In this document: in pieces, positions 50,204-58,578 of the stretch
Numbering within the stretch: position 1 is the stretch's first letter
Layout of the letters: the number at the start of each line of letters is the position of its first letter
Origin: Candidatus Heimdallarchaeota archaeon
GTDB taxonomy: Archaea; Asgardarchaeota; Heimdallarchaeia; Hodarchaeales; Hodarchaeaceae
Assembly: GCA_020353515.1 (NCBI GenBank)
Contig: CP070695.1
Location: 2,358,966-2,422,965, forward strand
Direction: 5' to 3'
DNA: 64,000 bases
Program-made: the position numbers and the translations under genes
Notes under the pieces: model-generated
Told to the model about the DNA's origin: nothing
Database searches by the model: none
The model's input: the letters and a program-made list of their open reading frames with translations, nothing else

Positions 50204-51916
50204 GTGACTGATCCGATGAGTCAAGAACCCTTTTTTTGGAAAAAAAACTGGGACGAGGGTGTAAAAGACTTAGATCCACGTATATGGGAAACAACTTATC
50301 CCCAAGCAATTAGAGACACTTTTGAAACATTAACAGATAATCTAGCCCTTGAATACCTAGGAATAGAAATTACGTTTGGTGAATTAGATCGTTATTCTAA
50401 TCAATTTGCTCATATGTTGATTGAAGAGGGTTTTCAGGTTGGTGATCGGATTGGGATTAACTTACCGAACATTCCACAGTTTGTAATAGCTTTACTAGGT
50501 GCACTAAAAGCGGGGTGTGTTGTCACTGGTGTGTCTTTCCTTCTTTCTGAAGATCAGTTACTCTACCAGCTAAATGACGCAGAAGCAAAAGGAATTGTAA
50601 CACTAGACGCAATCTTCGAAAAAAGGTTGTTAAATATTGCTCCACAGCTACCAAACTTAAAATTATATGTTTGTACAAGCATAGGAGGTTTTTTACCTAA
50701 GATTAAACAGGTCTTAGGGAAATTACTTGGTAAGATTCCTATAGGGAATGTTGTACCTCTTAGCGGAAAAACAGTCATAGATTTTATGGATATTCTAAAA
50801 ACGAACCGTTATCCGACAATTTTACCAGAGAATACCTTAACTCCTGATGATATTGCTTACGTACTCTATACAGGGGGAACCACTGGCCCACCAAAAGGGG
50901 CTATGCTCACCCACCGTAATATCATGTCAAATATATTTATGGTAATGAAATGGTTGAACTGGGAGAAGGGTAGCGGGAGTGCACTGTCAGGGTTTCCTTT
51001 TTTCCATATAGCAGGATTATTTTTTTGTGAAAACTGTATAATTCTCGGATGGCCTCAATTACTTGTCCCAAATCCTCGAGATACAGACCATATTTGTAAA
51101 TTGATGAAAAAATATCAACCTACATGTGTTGTAAACGTACCCTCTCTTTTTCAAATGCTACTTGAGAATCCTAAGTTCAAGGAATTAGACCATTCGAAAT
51201 TAGACACATGCATTTCTGCAGCAGCCCCTTTTCCAGTGGAATCCCAAAGGGAACTTGAGAGTATCGTGGGAAAAGAGAAATTACTTGAAGTCTATGGTAT
51301 GACTGAAACTTCCCCCTTAACGACAATGAATCCCTATCTTGGTGTTAAAAAGTTGGGTACTATTGGTTTACCTATAATGAATACCGATATAAAATTAGTA
51401 GAACCCTCAACTGGAGATGAGATTAAACTAGGTGAACCTGGTGAGATTTGCGTGAAAGGTCCACAAGTAATGAAAGGTTACTGGAACAACCCTGAAGCTA
51501 CAAAACAAACGATTGATGAGAATGGCTACATTCATACTGGAGATGTAGCAATCATGGATGAAGATGGATACCTCCGTATTGTAGATCGTATAAAAGATAT
51601 GATTATTGTTAGTGGTTTCAAGGTCTTTTCGACTAAATTAGAAGACACCCTCACCCAGCATCCAGCAATAAATATGGTTGCAACCATTGGTATTCCCAAT
51701 CCAGACCGTCCAGGTTCAGAGCTAGTTAAGGCTTACATCACACTTTCCCCCAATTTTGAGTTTGATGGAAACAAAGATCGGTTAACTAAGACAATTATCG
51801 AATGGGCTAAAGAAAAAGTTTCTCCATATGAAGTTCCAAAAATCATTGAGATACGTGAGGAATTACCTCTAACCACTGTTGGCAAGGTAGATAAAATACT
51901 TCTACGGAAAGAATAG
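50204..51916 (+). CDS. Long-chain fatty acid-CoA ligase
   Basis: YTGGTTGPPKG, YGMTET, TGD, DRIKDMI, VGKVDK. Confidence 0.93.
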   Translation: MTDPMSQEPFFWKKNWDEGVKDLDPRIWETTYPQAIRDTFETLTDNLALEYLGIEITFGELDRYSNQFAHMLIEEGFQVGDRIGINLPNIPQFVIALLGALKAGCVVTGVSFLLSEDQLLYQLNDAEAKGIVTLDAIFEKRLLNIAPQLPNLKLYVCTSIGGFLPKIKQVLGKLLGKIPIGNVVPLSGKTVIDFMDILKTNRYPTILPENTLTPDDIAYVLYTGGTTGPPKGAMLTHRNIMSNIFMVMKWLNWEKGSGSALSGFPFFHIAGLFFCENCIILGWPQLLVPNPRDTDHICKLMKKYQPTCVVNVPSLFQMLLENPKFKELDHSKLDTCISAAAPFPVESQRELESIVGKEKLLEVYGMTETSPLTTMNPYLGVKKLGTIGLPIMNTDIKLVEPSTGDEIKLGEPGEICVKGPQVMKGYWNNPEATKQTIDENGYIHTGDVAIMDEDGYLRIVDRIKDMIIVSGFKVFSTKLEDTLTQHPAINMVATIGIPNPDRPGSELVKAYITLSPNFEFDGNKDRLTKTIIEWAKEKVSPYEVPKIIEIREELPLTTVGKVDKILLRKE

Positions 51917-51919
51917 ATT

Positions 51920-52582
51920 TTGCATATTGTATATCTGTATGGATTTGCCTCTGGACCTCAATCAAATAAAGCACAATTCTTTAAAAGAAAATTTGCTTTT
52001 TCAAACGTACCCTTCGATATATTTGATTACATTCCAGATAAAGAAAGCTTTACAAGTATGAGGTTGAGTATCTTAACAAATAATCTCCACGAATATATTG
52101 AAATGGAACATTCTGGGGAAAAAGAGCTAATCCTTTTTGGTTCAAGTTTTGGTTGCCTTGTCTCTGCTTGGTATACATACCTACATCCAGATAAAATCAA
52201 AAAGATGATTTTTATGGCACCAGCTTTAGGATTTTCAGCAAGGCGCATTGTAAAATTATTTGAAATTCCTCTTAATCTGTGGAAAAATCGAGGAAACGTC
52301 CCAGTCTTTCATTATAGATATAACCAAGAGATTCCCTTAGCCTATTCCTTCTATAATGATCTATTATCCAATCCCCCCCCAGAAATCAGTAAAATGAGAA
52401 TTCATGTTCCTACTTTGATATTTCATGGGAAATTTGACGATGTGGTACCATTATCTTGGAGTCAACAATTCATAGAAATTAATCCAGAAGCTTCACTTCA
52501 TATTTTGAATGGAGATCACCAGTTATTAAATCAAAAAGAAGACATGTGGAAGATTGTTAAAGATTTTCTCAATAGAGATTGA
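51920..52582 (+). CDS. YqiA/YcfP-type alpha/beta esterase
   Basis: YLYGFASGPQSNKA, GSSFG, HGKFDDVV, GDHQL. Confidence 0.88.
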   Translation: MHIVYLYGFASGPQSNKAQFFKRKFAFSNVPFDIFDYIPDKESFTSMRLSILTNNLHEYIEMEHSGEKELILFGSSFGCLVSAWYTYLHPDKIKKMIFMAPALGFSARRIVKLFEIPLNLWKNRGNVPVFHYRYNQEIPLAYSFYNDLLSNPPPEISKMRIHVPTLIFHGKFDDVVPLSWSQQFIEINPEASLHILNGDHQLLNQKEDMWKIVKDFLNRD

Positions 52583-52958
52583 AGATAATTTCTTCTAAAA
52601 TTTCGCGTAATTTCTTTATTTGTTCTTCCATTTCCTTCCCTTCCTCAGTTATTGCTCTCTGTTTCCATATAAATGAGTTACTCGACAATAATGGCCAAAC
52701 AGAGATGCCAGTATTTTCTTCATCTTGAATTTCTAGAAGTGGTGCAAGTATTCGCTCCAAATGTTGATGGATTTCATTTGAAATACGAATATTTGTAAGT
52801 GGGCAAAAGAAATGATTATTCTGAGGTAGAAGAGGGCGTGCATCTTGTGAAAAACAAAGAGAATCTTTCCCCATCTGAGCAACGCAGCCTGCTTGGAAAT
52901 CACCAACTAAGATGCGAAAAGGGCAAAAAACTCGTTGAGTGATGATTAGTGTCCTCAT
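52569..52958 (-). CDS. Unknown 4-Cys protein, paralog 1
   Basis: Homologous to the adjacent gene; start reassigned to ATG 52958 from TATA spacing. Confidence 0.8.
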   Translation of the reverse strand: MRTLIITQRVFCPFRILVGDFQAGCVAQMGKDSLCFSQDARPLLPQNNHFFCPLTNIRISNEIHQHLERILAPLLEIQDEENTGISVWPLLSSNSFIWKQRAITEEGKEMEEQIKKLREILEEIIFNLY

Positions 52959-52981
52959 CACTCTCAATGTTAATTCTATAA

Positions 52982-52994
52982 TTTTTAAACCTTG
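52982..52994 (-). promoter_or_regulatory. BRE/TATA-like promoter CAAGGTTTAAAAA
   Basis: Identical 13-mer 24 bp upstream of the ATG in both paralogs. Confidence 0.7.
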
Positions 52995-53133
52995 TCAAAG
53001 AAAATATCAGTAAGTAGATTAAGTGTTTTAATAAATGCAATTAATATTGATCTCAAGATTTATGGCTATTAAATCATTCTGTTTTTAACATTAAGCAGAT
53101 CTCTGAATTCATAATCGAAAAATCGTGAGTTTT

Positions 53134-53538
53134 TTAAGTAAGATTGAGTACTATTTCTTGTAATTCCTCCCTCACTCTTTTACTGAGATGTGAAATTTCC
53201 TTCCCCTTGTCTGTGACTAATTCCCTTGTTGGAAATGTAATCTTAGAATCACGGCAAAAAATTGGCCATAAATTCATTGTTAACTCATGTTCGTCCTGAA
53301 CTATTAGAATTTGAGACACAATTTGATCAATTTCTTGATATGTTTCTTGTGATAGGCGTAATTTTGTTACTAGAGGACAGGTATAATAATGGTTTTTAGT
53401 GTCGTCTGTTTCACGCTGGATTAATGGTCGCTGATCTCTTGTATAACAGAAAGAATCTCCTAACTGGAGAACGCACCCTGCTTGAAAACCAGGCTTCGCA
53501 ACTCGAAATGGGCAGAATCCTCTTTTTTCAGTTATCAT
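53134..53538 (-). CDS. Unknown 4-Cys protein, paralog 2
   Basis: FCPFR...FQAGCV.Q.G.DS.C...D.RPL...CPL shared with paralog 1; the start is probably MITEKR at 53538. Confidence 0.8.
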   Translation of the reverse strand: MITEKRGFCPFRVAKPGFQAGCVLQLGDSFCYTRDQRPLIQRETDDTKNHYYTCPLVTKLRLSQETYQEIDQIVSQILIVQDEHELTMNLWPIFCRDSKITFPTRELVTDKGKEISHLSKRVREELQEIVLNLT

Positions 53539-53561
53539 GAACTTTTTCACATCGATCATAT

Positions 53562-53574
53562 TTTTTAAACCTTG
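53562..53574 (-). promoter_or_regulatory. BRE/TATA-like promoter CAAGGTTTAAAAA
   Basis: Second copy at the same spacing from the ATG. Confidence 0.7.
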
Positions 53575-53641
53575 CTAATATCCAGTTCTCCACTTGATTA
53601 AGCGAACCTGCTAATGTCAAGTGTTATAATTAAAGCGAGGT

Positions 53642-53661
53642 TAGGCAATTCTAGGCAATTC
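53642..53661 (+). repeat. Tandem direct repeat TAGGCAATTC x2
   Basis: Seen directly in the divergent intergenic region. Confidence 0.7.
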
Positions 53662-53711
53662 ACTTAGAAGCGATAGTGTTTTCCTTTGTTTTTCAAGCTT
53701 TTAAAAGCTGA

Positions 53712-54455
53712 TTGGGTATGTTTTCAGAAGAGATTTCGGATGAAGCCCGAAAATGGATAATTTGGTTTTTCTTAAAGACTAATTTGGTCATCTTTGGCTT
53801 TTTTTTCTTATTAAATGCCTTCATATACCAATCATTATTAACCCTGATTATAGCTTCTGCATTGTTGCTAATAGGAGGGATATTAGTCTATCGTGATATT
53901 CAATCTGACCCTTATCAGATACTCAGACTACTAAAGATTCAAATTCTGGTATGGTGGAGATTACGAGGTCCTTTTATACAACGAAAACCTTTTTTCTACC
54001 ATTTTCCTGAAGGCAATCAATTACAACAGCAGGATTTAATATGTTCAATTTCCGTTTCGCAAAAAGAACTGTTGGAGGGAGTTAGTAAGATTATATCTAC
54101 AAAAATAGCTCAAATATGCCCTGAGTGTGGTGGAAAACGAAGTGAGTCAATGACTGTTCAGATTGAGTGTTCTCATTGTCAAAATGGGCGAGTAATGCAT
54201 CCGTTAGGGACAATACTCATCCCAGTTCCCTGTAAAAACTGTCTAGGAGTCGGGTGGACTCCTGTTAAGCCATGTTCTGTCTGTCGAGGGAAAGGAAGTG
54301 TTTGGGGAAAACAGAAGATTCGTGTTCAGATTCCACCCAATTCGTCAGCAGGTACAAAACTTCGTATTCCAGCATTAGGAAGAGTTGATCCAAAAACTCT
54401 CCAACAGGGAGATCTATTTCTTAAACTTAGGAAGAAATTATTTAACATAATTTGA
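53712..54455 (+). CDS. Membrane-anchored DnaJ zinc-finger/C-terminal domain protein lacking a J domain
   Basis: 2 N-terminal TMs; CPECGG, CSHCQNG, CKNCLGVG, CSVCRGKG; VQIPP..GTKLRI..G....GDL; no HPD. Confidence 0.85.
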   Translation: MGMFSEEISDEARKWIIWFFLKTNLVIFGFFFLLNAFIYQSLLTLIIASALLLIGGILVYRDIQSDPYQILRLLKIQILVWWRLRGPFIQRKPFFYHFPEGNQLQQQDLICSISVSQKELLEGVSKIISTKIAQICPECGGKRSESMTVQIECSHCQNGRVMHPLGTILIPVPCKNCLGVGWTPVKPCSVCRGKGSVWGKQKIRVQIPPNSSAGTKLRIPALGRVDPKTLQQGDLFLKLRKKLFNII

Positions 54456-54480
54456 AGTTGAAGATCAAGGAAGAATTAAG

Positions 54481-55668
54481 ATGAATAACATTAATTTAAA
54501 GCAAACTTTGATTAATGAAGCAAAAGAACTCGGAACTTATATAATTGAAAAGAGACGCCATATTCACATGTTCCCTGAAACCTCATACGAAGAGGAAAAA
54601 ACAGCTACCTTCATTGAAGACGAGTTGCATAAAATAGGATACACGACACAACGAACTGCTAAAACAGGTGTACTAGCAATCCTTAAGGGAACTATGGAAG
54701 GGAAAACAGTTGCTCTTCGTGCTGATATTGATGCTTTGAACATTACAGAAGAGAATGATGTTCCATACAAGAGTAAGAATCCTGGAAAGATGCATGCTTG
54801 TGGACACGATGCTCACGTTGCTATGTTATTGGGAGCCGCTAAAATTTTATTTAAATACAAAGATCACTTACAAGGTACAGTTAAACTCGTTTTTCAACCA
54901 GCTGAAGAAGGAGGAGGAGGAGGAAAGAAAATAGCGGAAGAGGGACATGTTGATGATGTTGATGTGATTTTTGGAATTCATGTATGGCATGAACTACCAA
55001 CAGGAGTAATTGGAACACGAAAGGGAGCAATGATGGCATCTGCAGATGACTTTGCAATCACGATCAAAGGAAAAGGTGGACATGCTGCAGCTCCCCATCA
55101 GTCCATTGATCCCACAGCAGTTCTTGCGGATATTTATAACGCTCTCCAGAAACTAATTAGTAGAGAAATTGATCCATTTGCAAACGTTGTTCTTACTTCT
55201 CCAATGTTTGAAGGTAGTGATGCTTTTAATGTTATACCTCCTCAAGCAATGTTAAAGGGCACATTTAGGACAATGGATCCTGAAGTAAGAGATCATATCA
55301 TTAAACGAATGAAAGAAATAGTAGAAGGGTATACTAAAGCTTGGCGTTGTGAGGGGAACGTTGAGTTAGGCATTGTTGCTGCCTATCCTCCTGTATTAAA
55401 TGATCCTCAAACTGTAGATGAACTAACAGAGATCCTTCAGGAATTAGACACTGTCACAACTATGGAGCCTACTATGGGTGGAGAAGACTTTGCTTTCTAT
55501 CTCGAAAAGACCAAAGGGGCTTTCATGGGACTTGGTATTTATAATGAAGAAAAAGGTATAACTTCTCCACACCATCACCCAAAATTCGATGTTGATGAAT
55601 CAATACTATGGAAAGGAACAGCGATTCACGCCCTTTTAGGTTTTTATTCCTCTCTTATTAGCTTTTAA
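54481..55668 (+). CDS. M20D amidohydrolase/carboxypeptidase
   Basis: LRADIDAL, MHACGHDAH, FQPAEEG, GGEDF, HHP.F. Confidence 0.95.
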   Translation: MNNINLKQTLINEAKELGTYIIEKRRHIHMFPETSYEEEKTATFIEDELHKIGYTTQRTAKTGVLAILKGTMEGKTVALRADIDALNITEENDVPYKSKNPGKMHACGHDAHVAMLLGAAKILFKYKDHLQGTVKLVFQPAEEGGGGGKKIAEEGHVDDVDVIFGIHVWHELPTGVIGTRKGAMMASADDFAITIKGKGGHAAAPHQSIDPTAVLADIYNALQKLISREIDPFANVVLTSPMFEGSDAFNVIPPQAMLKGTFRTMDPEVRDHIIKRMKEIVEGYTKAWRCEGNVELGIVAAYPPVLNDPQTVDELTEILQELDTVTTMEPTMGGEDFAFYLEKTKGAFMGLGIYNEEKGITSPHHHPKFDVDESILWKGTAIHALLGFYSSLISF

Positions 55669-55674
55669 TTTTAC

Positions 55675-56535
55675 TTACTCCTTTTTTCTGGTTTCCATTG
55701 TCCAGAAGAAGAGCCAAGCGAAAGAAATAGAGAGGACAACAATTATTCCAAAAAATGTTAATGCATTATTTACATCAATTCCTGTTGCGATACGCTCGTC
55801 CTCAGTCATGAGAAAGAAGTTAGTAATGAAAAATACTCGAAAATAGGTGGAGAATTCTAATATATCTTCAGTAGCGAATCCTAAAAAGACCGAACTAAAA
55901 ATAAAGAAAGGTATTACAAAAAAAACAAATATTGGAAAACCACTACTCAAGCCACTTAAAGATCTAAATTTCATAACCATTGTATTACCTAAAATTGTAA
56001 CTGCGAGAGGGACAAGGGAGACAATAATCAAAATAAGAAAGGCTAATGTAAATTGATCTGGAGAAATTGGTAGATCCTGCTGCCACATGAAAAAGGCTAA
56101 TACACAAGCAATCCAAGTGAACAAACTTGTTACTATTAATACGATTACAGCTGTAGCCGACTTACCTGCAAATAGTTCAAATCTTTTTGTAGATGATAAC
56201 AGGATTTCAATGGCAGATTCATGAAGAAATAATTCCTGAATCACGACTATCGAAACTAGAATATTGATGATATAAGCAAAAGTAACGAAAATTTGTAGAA
56301 CATGACTTGCAAACCATTCATAACCATTCTTGTGCAAATAGATCTCTAATGAAGCAGTTTGCCCAGCATAACTAACATATAACAATGTTGGGACAAAACA
56401 AAACACTAACAAAAATAATATCCGATTTGATAACAAATATCGTTTAGTTTCGTATTTAAAGACAATAAAACAATTTCGGACAGAAAGCCATATTCCAATG
56501 AAAAAATCATTAAGAAACATCCCAAGTTTACCCAT
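55675..56535 (-). CDS. ABC-2-type permease
   Basis: 6 TMs, E.LLS...R.ELFAGK; adjacent to an ATPase gene. Confidence 0.8.
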   Translation of the reverse strand: MGKLGMFLNDFFIGIWLSVRNCFIVFKYETKRYLLSNRILFLLVFCFVPTLLYVSYAGQTASLEIYLHKNGYEWFASHVLQIFVTFAYIINILVSIVVIQELFLHESAIEILLSSTKRFELFAGKSATAVIVLIVTSLFTWIACVLAFFMWQQDLPISPDQFTLAFLILIIVSLVPLAVTILGNTMVMKFRSLSGLSSGFPIFVFFVIPFFIFSSVFLGFATEDILEFSTYFRVFFITNFFLMTEDERIATGIDVNNALTFFGIIVVLSISFAWLFFWTMETRKKE

Positions 56536-56537
56536 GA

Positions 56538-57188
56538 TTAGTCCTCTTTTTCAATTGGAAATCGTATCTCCCGAAAATTGGTAAAATGCTCTTTATTGTG
56601 AGAAGCTGCAATTACGATGTTGTTGTTTTCAGTGTACTCTTGCAAGAATCTTTTCAGTTTTGCCCTCATTTCTTGATCTAGGTTATCATATGGTTCATCA
56701 AGTAGTAAAACATTTGGGTCATTCAATAGTGCTGAACACAGTCCTAAACGTTGGCGCATCCCTTCACTATAGACGCTGACATCAATGTCACGCCACTTAG
56801 TTAATCCAAATTCATCTATTAAATTTAATGCTCGATTCTTAGGATCCTTTAATCCCATTAACTTACTAAGATAAAATAAGAAAGTTAACCCAGAGATTCC
56901 ATGATGGAATTTACATTCTTCGGGCATAAATCCCAGTAAATTTAACAAAGCTCGGCTTCTTCTTCTTGTATTATATCCGTAGATTAGAATATTCCCTTGT
57001 GATGGTGTCAACAAAGAAGCAACCATTCGTAACAGAGTTGATTTTCCTGAACCATTGGGTCCTAAGAGTAATACAGAGTCACCTGCAGAGATTGATAGCG
57101 ATAAATCGTCAATTACTTTAATCCTAAGACTTGCTCTCCAAACTCGAAAAACTTTGCTTACATTTTGAATTTGAATTTCTTCACCCAA
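56538..57188 (-). CDS. ABC transporter ATP-binding protein
   Basis: GPNGSGKST, YSEGMRQR, LLLDEP, SH. Confidence 0.93.
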   Translation of the reverse strand: MGEEIQIQNVSKVFRVWRASLRIKVIDDLSLSISAGDSVLLLGPNGSGKSTLLRMVASLLTPSQGNILIYGYNTRRRSRALLNLLGFMPEECKFHHGISGLTFLFYLSKLMGLKDPKNRALNLIDEFGLTKWRDIDVSVYSEGMRQRLGLCSALLNDPNVLLLDEPYDNLDQEMRAKLKRFLQEYTENNNIVIAASHNKEHFTNFREIRFPIEKED

Positions 57189-57333
57189 CGTTTCTAATCA
57201 TCCTAAACTGTGTAAATAAGGATTGTCTCCAAATAGGAAAAGCTTTTTGGAGTTAGCTAAATGTATAAAATTAACATTAAACAATTATCAAATACTGATA
57301 GAAAGAGTTTTTTCATCAAAGCGAATAACAAAC

Positions 57334-58167
57334 ATGATGAGACTTAATACTAAACTCCTTTCGTTATTGCTAATTATTCTCTTTTTAACAGTATTCTATC
57401 CGCTTAAAGCAACAATCGCAGTACCAAGAACTGACCAACGATTAGTACCGTTCATTGGAATGGTAGTAGATTATAAACTGAAGGTTAGAATTGATGGGAT
57501 AATCCCAGTTACAGCGAATTGGACGGTCACCTGGGAGCAATATAATAAAACCACACCGAGTGTTTTTATCTCAAATTTAACAGTCCAATCTTTATATATT
57601 ACATTATTCACATTAGGGGTTAGGGATCGGGAGTCAGGAATAATTATTGAAAACATCACATCCCGTCAAGTACTGTATGTCAATCTAACGGACACAACAT
57701 TTCTCCAAATGCTATATAGCACATATTTTTCTCCTGACAAACCCAATTACTCTCCATTTTATATCAATACTACTGAGATAACCATTGGTGATCATATCAA
57801 CGTTTATAGCTTTAATATGACTGTTATTACAGCTAACCGTACACGTGTTGCTGATTTTGGATGGCGAGACGTTTGGATCATCCAAGTAATTGCTAAAGAA
57901 ATCAATGTTGAGCATTTCATCCGATTAATTTATGACAATACTACAGGAGTGCTTGTTGGAGGAAGGATAGAAACGCGTTGGTTCCAAGGGAATGAAACAC
58001 TACGTGATTATAAAGTCGAAATAATTTGTCAATATACAAATGCACTGGAAAGACATCTTATAATAATTGAAACGAATAGAATATTAGTTATTCTTGTGAG
58101 CTGTATCCCAATTATCCCCTCTCTTGCCAAAATCTTGCGAATGAAAGAAATCGAAGGTGGATTATAG
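57334..58167 (+). CDS. Secreted, C-terminally anchored putative glycoprotein
   Basis: Signal peptide from MMRLNTK (57334), 11 N-x-S/T sequons and a hydrophobic C-terminal segment. Confidence 0.75.
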   Translation: MMRLNTKLLSLLLIILFLTVFYPLKATIAVPRTDQRLVPFIGMVVDYKLKVRIDGIIPVTANWTVTWEQYNKTTPSVFISNLTVQSLYITLFTLGVRDRESGIIIENITSRQVLYVNLTDTTFLQMLYSTYFSPDKPNYSPFYINTTEITIGDHINVYSFNMTVITANRTRVADFGWRDVWIIQVIAKEINVEHFIRLIYDNTTGVLVGGRIETRWFQGNETLRDYKVEIICQYTNALERHLIIIETNRILVILVSCIPIIPSLAKILRMKEIEGGL

Positions 58168-58184
58168 TTTCTAAGTTATTTTTC

Positions 58185-58436
58185 TTAAGAACTCGCATTC
58201 AAGGAAATGACGGGAGGATTAGAAAAAAATGTATGATTTATTGAGTCTTTGAAACTATCAATTGTGAAATTATTACCAGCTTCATCATGAATAGTAAACT
58301 GAGCTTCAGAAACAAGTACTTCTAATACATCATAAGCCATCGTAGGGTAAAAGGAATTACCTGTAAAAGCACCTAGTGGAATAATCCGATGCTCGTTCTC
58401 TGATGTTTTTCTTTCTAAGTAATAGTAAGAAGGCAT
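58185..58436 (-). CDS. Small hypothetical protein
   Basis: ATG with upstream AGGA; fills the gap between genes. Confidence 0.55.
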   Translation of the reverse strand: MPSYYYLERKTSENEHRIIPLGAFTGNSFYPTMAYDVLEVLVSEAQFTIHDEAGNNFTIDSFKDSINHTFFSNPPVISLNASS

Positions 58437-58578
58437 TTTCTATTATCTTCCTTTTGATAAGCTGACATTAATTTCTCTTCAATTTATTAAAGAAAACATC
58501 AGATATTATCTCGAGAATATCAAACGCTAAGTCTGGTTCACATTCTAATTTTTAAGAAAAAAAAAAGGAGAAGTTATG

